Assembly (NCBI GenBank): GCA_963842445.1
Contig: CAWJHF010000017.1
Span: 11,706-75,705, forward strand
Direction: 5' to 3'
Length of the DNA: 64,000 nucleotides
Source: an uncultured Verrucomicrobiae bacterium
GTDB taxonomy: Bacteria; Verrucomicrobiota; Verrucomicrobiia; Limisphaerales; UBA11358
Numbering within the stretch: position 1 is the stretch's first letter; every line of letters begins with the position of its first letter. A program made the position numbers and the translations under genes. This document shows, one piece after another, positions 29,121-38,679 of the stretch. The notes beneath the pieces are model-generated. The model was not told the DNA's origin, ran no database searches, and worked only from the letters and a program-made list of their open reading frames with translations.

Positions 29121-30092
29121 GTGCTTTATCCGCTCACCTTCCATCCGATTTACAAGGAACGCGTCTGGGGCGGGCGCAATCTCGAACGGCTTTTCAAAAA
29201 AAATCTGCCGCCGCGCGCGCCCGTCGGCGAATCGTGGGAAATCAGCGACCGGCCGGGCGACGTGAGCGTGGTCGCCAACGGTCCGCTCGCCGGAAAAACC
29301 CTGCGCTGGCTCATGGAGAACCACGCGACTGAAATCCTCGGCGGTGCAAAATCGGCAACCGGGAATCGTTTCCCGTTGCTCTGCAAAATTCTCGACGCGC
29401 GCGACAGGCTTTCGCTGCAAGTCCATCCGCCCGCGAACAAGGCCGCTGAACTTGGCGGCGAACCGAAGACTGAAATGTGGTTCATCGCCGATGCCGCACC
29501 CGGCGCTGAATTGTTCGTCGGCTTGAAGCGCGGCGTTACGCGCCCGGAATTTGAGGAAAAAATCCGGACCGGTGAAGTGGCTGACTGTTTCCACCGGATT
29601 TCCGTCCGGGCGGGGGACGCGATGTTTCTGCCCGGCGGCCGCGTCCACTCCATTGGCGCAGGATTGGTGATTTTTGAAATCCAGCAAAATTCGGACACGA
29701 CGTATCGCGTTTTCGACTGGAACCGCGCCGGGCTGGACGGCAAGCCGCGCAAACTGCACGTCGCACAATCACTGGCTGGCATTGATTTCAGCGACTTCGA
29801 GCCGGCGCTGGTTCAAGGCAAATTTACCGGCCAGGAAATCAAAACGCAGCCGCTCGTGAAGGATCCGTTGTTCAATGCCGAAGCGGTGGAAATGAAAAAC
29901 GGCGCTAGACTGGATTTGAAACCGCGCAAACTTCAAATCATCGCCATCGTGCGCGGCCGGCTTGAAGTCAGCAACAATTCGTTTGCCGCGGGCCTGTCTG
30001 CCGGACAATTTTGTCTGGTGCCTGCCTGCCTGGAAGGTGCGGGAATCTCTGCCAAAGCGGGAACGACCCTGTTGCGGATTGACCCCGGCTAA
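29121..30092 (+). CDS. type I mannose-6-phosphate isomerase
   Basis: GTG start; YKERVWGG, ESWEISD, LSLQVHP, KTEMW, and VHSIGAG...IQQNSDTTYRVFDW. Confidence 0.8.
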   Translation: MLYPLTFHPIYKERVWGGRNLERLFKKNLPPRAPVGESWEISDRPGDVSVVANGPLAGKTLRWLMENHATEILGGAKSATGNRFPLLCKILDARDRLSLQVHPPANKAAELGGEPKTEMWFIADAAPGAELFVGLKRGVTRPEFEEKIRTGEVADCFHRISVRAGDAMFLPGGRVHSIGAGLVIFEIQQNSDTTYRVFDWNRAGLDGKPRKLHVAQSLAGIDFSDFEPALVQGKFTGQEIKTQPLVKDPLFNAEAVEMKNGARLDLKPRKLQIIAIVRGRLEVSNNSFAAGLSAGQFCLVPACLEGAGISAKAGTTLLRIDPG

Positions 30093-30100
30093 ATACTATT

Positions 30101-30168
30101 GTAGGAGCTGGGGTAACGAGGCTCAAATTTTTGCGGTTCATTTAGAGCCTCCTAACGTCGGCTCCTAC
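30101..30168. repeat. palindromic element family F
   Basis: gtaggagctggggtaacgaggctc ... gagcctcctaacgtcggctcctac: inverted arms with a mismatched centre and an AT-rich loop. Confidence 0.8.
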
Positions 30169-30223
30169 GTTTTCAATGCCACGACAGACTTTCCGGCATT
30201 GGAGATATTTGCGATTTATCAAA

Positions 30224-30634
30224 CTATTCGTAGGATGTGTAAATCATCATGATACGGTCGTCTTTGCCGTAAACGACATCCAAAGGTACATTCCAAAGAA
30301 TCTTGCACTGAATCATTCTTTCACCGTCGCCAAGTTTATAATCCCTTCCCCAAAGTGACTCAGTTGGCGAAATTTGTCGTGTTGAATACAGGTGGAGAAA
30401 TTTATCGAGTTCGGCCCGGGTGTTGGGTTCAGCCTTTGACCACTTTCCCTCCAAATAGCAGGCGTAGAAATACGGTATAACAGCGTAACAAAACGATACC
30501 AGCGAAAGAAAAACCATCGCCAAAACAGAACAGGTGAATCTGCGAAGAAAACGATTCGGAATGAACTGAATGCTTGAAACGAATCCTAAAATCACAATCA
30601 ATGGAAGGCTAAGAACTATGAGGATTAAACTCAT
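30224..30634 (-). CDS. small low-GC membrane protein, function unknown
   Basis: 136-aa ORF with 2-3 N-terminal TM segments. One 60-nt line I counted (30481-30540) gave 26 of 60 G+C. Confidence 0.5.
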   Translation of the reverse strand: MSLILIVLSLPLIVILGFVSSIQFIPNRFLRRFTCSVLAMVFLSLVSFCYAVIPYFYACYLEGKWSKAEPNTRAELDKFLHLYSTRQISPTESLWGRDYKLGDGERMIQCKILWNVPLDVVYGKDDRIMMIYTSYE

Positions 30635-30656
30635 AGTGATCTAGCGCACACACGAT

Positions 30657-31238
30657 TTAGTTCCACGACAAATTTTCCGGCATTTGGGAAAGCAGCTTGT
30701 TCCGCCAGCCGCCCTTGCGTTTAATAATTTTTGACCAGAGCTGCTCCGATGGCGTGTCGAAAACCAGTTCGAGTGACGCGGGAAAAATCAACCACGCTTT
30801 GCGTTTTATTTCATCCTCAAGCTGTCCGGACGACCAGCCGGCATATCCGGCGAAGAGCTTGACCTTTTTCTGTGCCGAAAAGGATTCGCCGACTTCCACC
30901 AAATCATCGAGCGAATGGCCGAGCGCCAGGTTCGGCAGCACGTCGGCGTCAGGAATGAAATTGTCCGTGTGCAAAAAACTCAACGCCGTGGGCTGGACCG
31001 GGCCGCCGAGATACAGCGGCGATTCCCTGAGCATGTCGGGCAAATCGGCGACGATCATCTCGCCGACCTTTTTGCCGAGCGAGCGGTTGAGCACAAGACC
31101 GAACGCGCCCTCGGCGTCGTGCTGGCAAATCAACACGACGGTGCGCTGAAAAAAGGAGCCACTCAGTTGCCCGCTGTCCAGCAGCAACTGGCCTTTGAGG
31201 AATTTCCCCGGCGCGTTCACCAGCTTAATTTGCACCAC
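30657..31238 (-). CDS. YqgE/AlgH-family (UPF0301) protein
   Basis: FQRTVVLICQHDAEGAFGLVLNR, LYLGGPV, and FAGYAGWSSGQLEDEI follow the YqgE pattern. Confidence 0.85.
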   Translation of the reverse strand: MVQIKLVNAPGKFLKGQLLLDSGQLSGSFFQRTVVLICQHDAEGAFGLVLNRSLGKKVGEMIVADLPDMLRESPLYLGGPVQPTALSFLHTDNFIPDADVLPNLALGHSLDDLVEVGESFSAQKKVKLFAGYAGWSSGQLEDEIKRKAWLIFPASLELVFDTPSEQLWSKIIKRKGGWRNKLLSQMPENLSWN

Positions 31239-31382
31239 CTTCGCCCGGCTGGCAAAAAGAAAACCGCCAAGGCCACGGACACAAGGAAAAACCGGTCGTT
31301 TTCACTATTTTCAGCATCACCAGAGACGTCCACGCCGAAGAGTGCAGTAAACCCCTGCCCCGCCATTCCGACGCCGGGAATT

Positions 31383-32519
31383 TCAATTCGGCGGCAGGGA
31401 AAGTTCCTGTTCCTTTCCGGAATCAATGTTCTGAATACGAACCGACCTTTCCCGGATCTCCAGGCAACGAACCATCACGTTTGTGTTCCCCAACTGCACC
31501 CGTTCGAAATCATTGGCGAGAAAGGAACGGCCATTGATGATGGCCACGGGCCGGTTCCCCCACAAAATCCCTTCGAGTTTGATGGTGGCCGGGGCAGGCG
31601 CGGGTTGGGGCGCTGGCTTCATACCGTTCAAAACGGCCGGGCGGTCGGCAACCGACTTTGCCGAAGGCATCCTGACATCCCGGAGTTCATCCACGTGCCC
31701 TGCTTCCAATTTCGGGGCTACGCCGTATTTCATCCAATCGAGGACTTCATCGAACCCATAACGCTGTTCGGCTTCGATGAACAGATCAATCTGGCCGCGC
31801 GTGTAATGATTCTGCAGGACTCTTTTCTTTTCCAGTTCTTCGTTTTGGGAGTCCATCAACAAATAACCGACCATTTCGCAGAAACCCTCCTCGGCGTCGC
31901 GTGCCAGCCGCGCGTGACGCCCTTTGGGCACATTTTCGCCCACCCAGGCATGGGAGTATTCGTGGGCACAAGTCTCCTTCAACTGGGCCAGAGGCATCCC
32001 GGTCAACAGGCTCATTTTGTATCTGGTCTTGTTGTTGTCCGTTTGGGGACGGATGCAGCCCAGCAGGTCGGGACTCTCAAAAGTGTTGCCTTCCGTATTA
32101 AACATGGAATCCACATCAATGCGATCGATGACCGTGACATCCACATTCGTCGGGAACGACGTGAAACGGGAAAACAGCCTGTCGAGGTCATCCTTGACCT
32201 GACCGCAAATCTGTTCGATATCGTCAGCCTTCAACACCGCCGTCCTGGCGTCGCGGGCGCAAAGGTAGCGGCCGTCCGACAACTCGACGTAGTTGTACTT
32301 GACGGGCAAACCGCAGATGGCACACCGGGGCAATTTTATGCAATCAGAACAGACAAGCACTCTTTCACCGGTGACCTTGTCCGTCATGATGTAAATCGTG
32401 CCTTGAATTTCTTTGCCGCAGATGGCGCAGATATTATCCGCCTGCGCCACCGAGGGCGTGCCGAAACAAAAACACGCCATCAAAAAGATGATCCAAAGAT
32501 ATCTCGCGCGTTGTTGCAT
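31383..32519 (-). CDS. DA1-like zinc metallopeptidase with N-terminal LIM-like Cys-rich zinc-finger region
   Basis: Signal/anchor; CAICGKEI...CSDCIKLPRCAICG...YLCARD; then CAHEYSHAW and EEGFCEM, which resemble HEMMHAW and EEGICQV of plant DA1. The C-terminal segment is LEGILWGNRPVAIINGRSF. Confidence 0.65.
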   Translation of the reverse strand: MQQRARYLWIIFLMACFCFGTPSVAQADNICAICGKEIQGTIYIMTDKVTGERVLVCSDCIKLPRCAICGLPVKYNYVELSDGRYLCARDARTAVLKADDIEQICGQVKDDLDRLFSRFTSFPTNVDVTVIDRIDVDSMFNTEGNTFESPDLLGCIRPQTDNNKTRYKMSLLTGMPLAQLKETCAHEYSHAWVGENVPKGRHARLARDAEEGFCEMVGYLLMDSQNEELEKKRVLQNHYTRGQIDLFIEAEQRYGFDEVLDWMKYGVAPKLEAGHVDELRDVRMPSAKSVADRPAVLNGMKPAPQPAPAPATIKLEGILWGNRPVAIINGRSFLANDFERVQLGNTNVMVRCLEIRERSVRIQNIDSGKEQELSLPPN

Positions 32520-32606
32520 GGTTTGACCTTTTTCCGAAAATCCACGGACGGCGACAACCAGCCCGTGTCACGTCACCGAATGCAACCAGCACCTCCCGCG
32601 CCAGAA

Positions 32607-34445
32607 TCAACCCAGGGATTTAACCTTTTTTACAATGGCCGCGGCGTCAATGCCGAAGTGCGCGAGTAACTCCTCGGCTTTGCCGGAACGCGGCAACGCC
32701 ATCACCGCGAGTTTGTGGACTTTGACGCCGGCGGAGCTGAGTTCGCCCGCCACCGCGTCGCCCAAACCGCCCTCGGCGTAATGGTCTTCAACGGTGATCA
32801 CGGTACTGTTTGTCTTCTGCGCCGCGGCGCGAATCACGTCCCTGCCCAGCGGTTTGATGCTGTACGCGTCAATCACCGTGACCCCGATGCCTTCGTTCTT
32901 GAGCGCATCGGCGGCCTTGAGCGCTTCAAACAAGGTGACGCCGGCGGCAACAACGGTGACTTTGTCGCCCGCGTTCTGGCGCAGCACCTTGGCACCGCCA
33001 ATCGGAAATAATTCGTCGTTTTTGTAAATCACCGGCGTTTTGGGCCGTGACGTGCGCAAATAACAAATGCCCCTGGCCAACGCCATTTGTTCGATGAGTT
33101 TTTCCGCGCTGACCGCATCGCAAGGATACAACACCGTGCTGCCGACAATCGCGCGCATCATCGCCAGGTCTTCCAGACCCATCTGCGACGGGCCGTCCTC
33201 GCCGATGCTCACACCAACATGCGAGCCGGCGATCTTCAGATTCGCCCGCGAAATGCCCGCAACGCGGATTTGATCGTAAGTGCGCGTGAAGAAACACGCA
33301 AACGTGGACGCGAACGGCACCTTACCGCGCGTGCCGAAGCCGACGGCAACGCCAACCATGTTTTGCTCGGCAATGAAGCACTCGATGAATCGCGCGGGTA
33401 ATTTCTTCATGAATTTTTCCGCGTAAGTGGAATTCTTCGTGTCGCAGTCCATCGCGACGATGCGTTGGTCCGCCTCGCCAATGCGCGCGATCGCATTGCC
33501 ATAAGCCTCGCGCGTGGCAACCGAATCGCCGGGCTTGTAGCTGAGCGGCGGGTAGCCGGCGGGCGCGGCGTTGTTTGGAGCGGGCAATTGATTCGGCGCG
33601 GGAATGGCCACGCCGGCGGCCGGCTTTGCAACCGGCTGGAGTTCGGCGATGGCCTTGGCGGCTTCTTCCTTGTTCAACGGTTTGCCGTGCCAGCCATCCC
33701 GGTCCTGCAAAAATGAAACACCCGCCCCCTTGTAAGTTTTGGCGATGATGGCCAGCGGCTGGTCGTTCAAGCCGACGCCACTGAGCACTTCCAGAATTTC
33801 CTCGATGTCGTGGCCGTCAATGTCTTCGACGCGCCAGCCGAACGCTTCAAATCGTTTGCGGTAAACACCGATGTCATGGCCGAACGGGGTGGCCTGGCTT
33901 TGGCCGAGGCGGTTTGCGTCCACGATGGCAATCAAATTGTTGAGTTTGTAAATGCCGGCGAGCGACGCGGCTTCCCACACGGAGCCTTCGGCGAGTTCGC
34001 CGTCGCCGAGCAGGACGTAGGTGTTGTAATCCAGCTTGTCGAGATGCGCGGCCAGCGCCATGCCGGCCCCGACGCTCAAGCCCTGGCCGAGCGAGCCGGT
34101 GGCCACGTCCACGAACGGCATGCGCGGCGTCGGATGTCCTTCCAGGTCGCTGCCGAATTTGCGGAGCTTCAACAGATCGCTCGCAGGAAACAAACCGGTT
34201 TCCGCCCACGCGGCGTAGAGCACCGGCGCGGCGTGCCCCTTGGAAAGAATGAAACGGTCGTTGTTGTAATAATGCGGATTTTTCGCGTCGTAACGCATGT
34301 GCCCGAAAAACAACGCCGCCATCACGTCTGCCGCCGACAGGCACGAAGTCGGATGGCCGCTGCCCGCGGCGGTGGTGGAGGTAATCGAATGAATGCGCAA
34401 CTGGTTCGCGATGCCCTTTAACAATTCAATGTTTGTATCAATCAT
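32607..34445 (-). CDS. tkt: transketolase
   Basis: GSGHPTSCLSAADVMAALFF and ILSKGHAAPVLYA (ThDP-binding), plus pyrimidine-binding and C-terminal domains. 612 aa. Confidence 0.9.
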   Translation of the reverse strand: MIDTNIELLKGIANQLRIHSITSTTAAGSGHPTSCLSAADVMAALFFGHMRYDAKNPHYYNNDRFILSKGHAAPVLYAAWAETGLFPASDLLKLRKFGSDLEGHPTPRMPFVDVATGSLGQGLSVGAGMALAAHLDKLDYNTYVLLGDGELAEGSVWEAASLAGIYKLNNLIAIVDANRLGQSQATPFGHDIGVYRKRFEAFGWRVEDIDGHDIEEILEVLSGVGLNDQPLAIIAKTYKGAGVSFLQDRDGWHGKPLNKEEAAKAIAELQPVAKPAAGVAIPAPNQLPAPNNAAPAGYPPLSYKPGDSVATREAYGNAIARIGEADQRIVAMDCDTKNSTYAEKFMKKLPARFIECFIAEQNMVGVAVGFGTRGKVPFASTFACFFTRTYDQIRVAGISRANLKIAGSHVGVSIGEDGPSQMGLEDLAMMRAIVGSTVLYPCDAVSAEKLIEQMALARGICYLRTSRPKTPVIYKNDELFPIGGAKVLRQNAGDKVTVVAAGVTLFEALKAADALKNEGIGVTVIDAYSIKPLGRDVIRAAAQKTNSTVITVEDHYAEGGLGDAVAGELSSAGVKVHKLAVMALPRSGKAEELLAHFGIDAAAIVKKVKSLG

Positions 34446-34497
34446 GGAGCGGAGAAATTATGTGAGAAGGCAACCAAAGCCAAGAATGAAAATCACC

Positions 34498-34598
34498 GGG
34501 TAGTAGGTCAGTTTGATTTTTCTGTCGGTAGAGCCGCGCTGTTGCGCAGCCTCAGATGATCAGGAAGCCGTCCCTGCCAGTTAAACTGACCCACCACC
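34498..34598. repeat. MITE-like element with imperfect terminal inverted repeats (family D)
   Basis: gggtagtaggtcagttt (34498-34514) pairs with aaactgacccaccacc (34583-34598). It is intergenic, lying upstream of tkt between tkt and the response regulator gene. Confidence 0.6.
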
Positions 34599-34748
34599 AA
34601 TCACCGTGATGTTTGCGTTACTTGGGATTGTTCAGTTTCACCGAAGGTGCTACGCAATGAGCGGAATGCTGGTCGCCTTATTCCGGAAGAAACTGCGGGC
34701 GGGGCGATGGCACACGGACGGCCGATTGCCGACCCATCAATGCTCGTG

Positions 34749-35183
34749 TCAGGCCCGGAGTCTGAACGTGGGCACATGGTGCATATTCTGGCCCTGGCCG
34801 CAGAGTCGGAGCAACCGGGTCTCCATTGGTTCAACCAGCAGCTCCTGCATTGTGTTCAGAAGTTCGGTCACCTCGAGCGGTTTTTCCATCAGCGCGCCGA
34901 CACCCGCTGCCACGGCCATGTCGTGTTGGTTGGCCTGCCCGGTAATAATGATGATCGGGAGCACGGGAGCTTCGTTGGTAATGCGCTCGAAGGCGTCCCA
35001 TCCGTTCTTGACCGGCAGGCCGATGTCCAGCAGCAGCAAATCAACGTGCCCGCCTTCGAATTGTGCCACCGCTTCCGGGCCGTCTCCTGCCAAGGCGACT
35101 TCGTAGCCCACATCTTCCAGAACCTTGCGCAAGGATTCACGCACGCTGGCGTCATCATCCACCACCAGGACTTTTTCTTTCAT
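34749..35183 (-). CDS. single-domain response regulator (CheY-like receiver)
   Basis: KVLVVDDD, LLLLDIGLP, and the conserved K context MEKPL. ATG at 35183. Confidence 0.8.
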   Translation of the reverse strand: MKEKVLVVDDDASVRESLRKVLEDVGYEVALAGDGPEAVAQFEGGHVDLLLLDIGLPVKNGWDAFERITNEAPVLPIIIITGQANQHDMAVAAGVGALMEKPLEVTELLNTMQELLVEPMETRLLRLCGQGQNMHHVPTFRLRA

Positions 35184-35218
35184 AGGATGCGGGTCTGTTG
35201 AGATCAACCCGCGAACGG

Positions 35219-35569
35219 TCACAATGCCGTTTGCGGACGCATGCCCGTGGCAGGTAGAATCTTTCCACGGGTCGCCGGTTTGGCGGTCATAATCCAAGCG
35301 TCACTTCCGCCTTCGCTCCCGTCGCAACCTTTCTGGCAAATTTCCAAGGCTTCTTTGCAGACCAGCCAGTCTTCCAGGGAAGCCGGCAAACCGGTGTTGA
35401 TGTGGCGCGCAGGACTGCGGGCAGAAATTCGCCCTGCCACGATTGGCTCCGATGAAACTCGCGGAGAATTCGGGCCGTCACCGTTGACACGACCGGTTTT
35501 CTTCACCTTGGTTCGAGGCATAGGGAAAAATACCGACTCGTATGAACCGAGAACAGTTTGCGTTTTCAT
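35219..35569 (-). CDS. possible small hypothetical protein
   Basis: ORF only. No motif, and the composition is ambiguous. Confidence 0.2.
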   Translation of the reverse strand: MKTQTVLGSYESVFFPMPRTKVKKTGRVNGDGPNSPRVSSEPIVAGRISARSPARHINTGLPASLEDWLVCKEALEICQKGCDGSEGGSDAWIMTAKPATRGKILPATGMRPQTAL

Positions 35570-35713
35570 CAGTTTGAAATTTGAGGTTATTATCGGTTTG
35601 GTCTATACTTGGCTCTGCTCTTGCAAAAAGGGACTAGCGGTTGCTGTGCCAGCAGGGTCATGAGGCGATTTTCCTGCAAAAGCCAATGAATTGACGCTGG
35701 CGCCCGCACGCGA

Positions 35714-37129
35714 ATGAAACAGATGGATGCTCCATTTCAAGCCACAGGTGCTCTGCCAAGAGCCAACTCGGGCCGCCCGGCGGTCAAGCTGCGGCTGGCC
35801 GGGCTGGTGCTGACCGTATTGCTTGGCTCAATCCTGGTTGTCTGGGTGAGCCGCACAACTTGGGAACGGGTGGCCCGATTGCAACACGAATTCGCCGGGT
35901 TGAAGCCGGAGAGTTTTTATCTGGGCGTTCGCATGAAGAGTGACATCCAGCGATTGAACGACACATTGCTCCGCTACCGTCTGCGTGGTGAAGCCGCCGA
36001 CTACGACCTGTTCCTCGGCAACGTGCGGGAACTGACCCAATGGTTCGAGATAAGCCGGACCAACGCCGTCACGCCCATGGAACGCCAGTTTTTTGAGCAG
36101 ATGGGAGGTGCTTACTACGATTATCTGAACATGAGCACGAATTTGCTGGTTGCCAGCAACGGAATGCTCCAAACAAAAGTCGGCGCGTTTCCAACCAGCT
36201 ACGAAAAAGTGCAACAGCAGTCCCAGCATCTGCTGGATTTGTGTGATGCGTTCATTTACGGCCAGAAACTGGCTTTCAACGACTTTCTTGCAGAGTCGAA
36301 CAACACGTTGACCACCTTCCAGTGGCTGCTCAAACTTTCCGTGGCGCTGCTGCTGGCACTCATAGCCGCACTGGCCGTATTGGTTTATCGTGGCATGATT
36401 GCGCCGCTGCGCTTTAAATTGACCGAAAGCCAAGCCATCATCGCGCGGCAGGAAAAGCTCGCCTCGCTGGGCGTGCTGGCGGCGGGTGTTGCTCATGAAA
36501 TCCGCAATCCGCTCACGGCAATTAAATTCCGCCTCTACAGTTTGAGAAAGTCGTTGCCCGACGCGGACAACGAAGACGCCGTTGTCATTGCCAATGAGAT
36601 CAGCCGCTTGGAGCGAATCGTCAAGGATTTCCTTCAGTTTGCGCGCCCTTCCGAGCCGGAATTGGTTGCCGTCCCGCCGCAACGGATCCTGCAGGAAGTC
36701 CATGACCTGCTGAGGCCGCAAATGGAAAAGGCCGCGATCGAGTTGAAGCTGGAGCCGTCCGAAGCTGCCTGGGTGCGCGCGGACACCCAACAAATCAAAG
36801 AGGTCTTGATCAACCTGATTCAGAACTCGGCGGACAGTATCGGGCGCAAAGGAGCAATCACATTGCGCGTCCACGACGAAGCCGATTCCGTGGTTTTGGA
36901 AGTTGCCGACACTGGAAAAGGGATTCCCGACGAGGTGCAAAAGCGCCTGTTTGACCCCTTCTTCAGCACCAAGGAAGGTGGAACGGGACTTGGCCTTCCC
37001 ATCGCGGCACGAATCGTCGAGAAACACGGAGGCGAACTCCGTTACCAAACCCAACTCAATCGTGGCACCACTTTTGCCATCGTCCTGCCGCACGTTGATG
37101 AACATGAACCCAAAAATTCTGCTGATTGA
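35714..37129 (+). CDS. membrane sensor histidine kinase (NtrB-like HisKA + HATPase_c)
   Basis: Two TM segments; H-box AAGVAHEIRNPLTAI; N box INLIQNSADS; G boxes DTGKGI and GGTGLGL. Confidence 0.85.
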   Translation: MKQMDAPFQATGALPRANSGRPAVKLRLAGLVLTVLLGSILVVWVSRTTWERVARLQHEFAGLKPESFYLGVRMKSDIQRLNDTLLRYRLRGEAADYDLFLGNVRELTQWFEISRTNAVTPMERQFFEQMGGAYYDYLNMSTNLLVASNGMLQTKVGAFPTSYEKVQQQSQHLLDLCDAFIYGQKLAFNDFLAESNNTLTTFQWLLKLSVALLLALIAALAVLVYRGMIAPLRFKLTESQAIIARQEKLASLGVLAAGVAHEIRNPLTAIKFRLYSLRKSLPDADNEDAVVIANEISRLERIVKDFLQFARPSEPELVAVPPQRILQEVHDLLRPQMEKAAIELKLEPSEAAWVRADTQQIKEVLINLIQNSADSIGRKGAITLRVHDEADSVVLEVADTGKGIPDEVQKRLFDPFFSTKEGGTGLGLPIAARIVEKHGGELRYQTQLNRGTTFAIVLPHVDEHEPKNSAD

Positions 37130-38528
37130 AGATGACGCCAGCACGGCCGCTTCCTTGAAAAAGGTGCTGTGCGCTGAGGGCTATGAAGTGGAAACCGCCG
37201 GTCGCGGTGATGCCGGCTTGGAACTGGCGCGTCAAAACGAGTACAGCGTCGTTATCTCGGACCTGCGCCTGCCCGGCTTAGGCGGGCTGGAACTGGTCGC
37301 CCAGCTCCACGCCGCAAAGCCGAAGCAACCGATCATCCTGATGACCGCGCATGGCACAACCGAGACGGCCATCGAAGCCACCAAGCTGGGAGCGTGCGAT
37401 TATCTGCTCAAACCGTTTGAAGCGGATGAACTGCTTGATTTGGTCGCTTCCGCCGTCGCCAGCAGCCGGCTCATGTCCGAACCGGTGGAGATGGGAGAGG
37501 CCCGGACGGACCAATCGGCAATCATTGGCAAAAGCCGGGCCATGCAGGCCATCTACAAGGAAATCGGACGGGTCGCGGCCACACCCACCACGGTCCTGAT
37601 TCGCGGCGCGACCGGGACCGGCAAGGAACTGATTGCCCGCGCGATTTATCAGCACAGCCTGCGCGCGGACAAACCGTTCATCGCCGTCAACTGTGCCGCC
37701 ATCCCGGATGCGTTGCTGGAAAGCGAATTGTTCGGCCACGAACGCGGCGCGTTCACCGGCGCACAGGCCCGGCGCATAGGCCGTTTCGAGCAGGCACACG
37801 GCGGAACCATTTTTCTTGATGAGATTGGTGATTTAAACGCGAACACCCAAGGCAAGCTGTTGCGTGTGCTCCAGGAACGTTGCATCCAACGGCTTGGCAG
37901 CGAAGCCAGTATTCCCGTGGATGTAAGGGTGCTGGCCGCGACCCATCGGGATCTGGAGACCGCCATCAAGGAAAGGGAATTTCGAGAAGACTTGTTCTAT
38001 CGCCTGAGTGTCGTCACCATCGCGCTGCCGCCGTTGAGCGAGCGCGCGGAAGACATTCCACAACTGGCGAAATACTTTATTCATCGCTATGGAAAAGAGC
38101 TCGGCCTCGACTCTTCCTCCGTCCAGCCTGAAGCCATTTCGTTTCTGCAAAACCAGCCGTGGCCGGGCAACGTGCGCGAACTGGAAAATGTCATCCGCCA
38201 GGCGTTGTTGTCAGCGCGGCCATTTGGCATCAGCCTGGAGCACGTGCAGCAGGTGCTGGCCAAAACCCGAAAACCCGTGGCGGCCTCCCAACAAACCCAC
38301 GCTGCTTACATTGCTGAACTGCTCAACCGTGCGCAAAGCGGCGACGTTCACAATGCCTACTCACGCCTGATCGCGGATCTGGAGCCGGAATTGTTCAAGC
38401 AGGCCATTCAACTGGCGCAAGGCAATCAATCCAAAGCCGCCCGCTGGCTGGGCATCGGCCGGATGAGACTGCGGGAAAAGCTCATTCAGTTTGGATTGTC
38501 TTTCGGGCGTGAGGAGCAAAATAAATAG
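37098..38528 (+). CDS. sigma-54-dependent response regulator (NtrC family)
   Basis: Receiver (ILLIEDD, VISDLRLPG), AAA+ (GATGTGKE, GAFTGA, DEIGDL), and a C-terminal Fis-type HTH. It overlaps the end of the kinase gene. Confidence 0.9.
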   Translation: MNMNPKILLIEDDASTAASLKKVLCAEGYEVETAGRGDAGLELARQNEYSVVISDLRLPGLGGLELVAQLHAAKPKQPIILMTAHGTTETAIEATKLGACDYLLKPFEADELLDLVASAVASSRLMSEPVEMGEARTDQSAIIGKSRAMQAIYKEIGRVAATPTTVLIRGATGTGKELIARAIYQHSLRADKPFIAVNCAAIPDALLESELFGHERGAFTGAQARRIGRFEQAHGGTIFLDEIGDLNANTQGKLLRVLQERCIQRLGSEASIPVDVRVLAATHRDLETAIKEREFREDLFYRLSVVTIALPPLSERAEDIPQLAKYFIHRYGKELGLDSSSVQPEAISFLQNQPWPGNVRELENVIRQALLSARPFGISLEHVQQVLAKTRKPVAASQQTHAAYIAELLNRAQSGDVHNAYSRLIADLEPELFKQAIQLAQGNQSKAARWLGIGRMRLREKLIQFGLSFGREEQNK

Positions 38529-38679
38529 TTTCGCGCACGCGTGCTGGTGGCCAATTGAATTGGCCGGGAAACGACCTCATCCGGCATGGAAAGCACGCGG
38601 GCGTGAAAGCCAACGACTCGCCATGTTAGTGTGTTTTTCCGCATACGCCAACTTAATGCCGCTGTGAGCGGCACAACGC

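Noticed and set aside
37063-37077. Perfect sigma-54 promoter consensus TGGCAC-N5-TTGC just upstream of the ntrC-like start codon.
   Set aside because: It lies within the last codons of the kinase gene and encodes the conserved HATPase_c G-T-T-F motif (ggc acc act ttt gcc). The match is therefore plausibly a by-product of coding constraint. It needs 5'-end mapping before being called.
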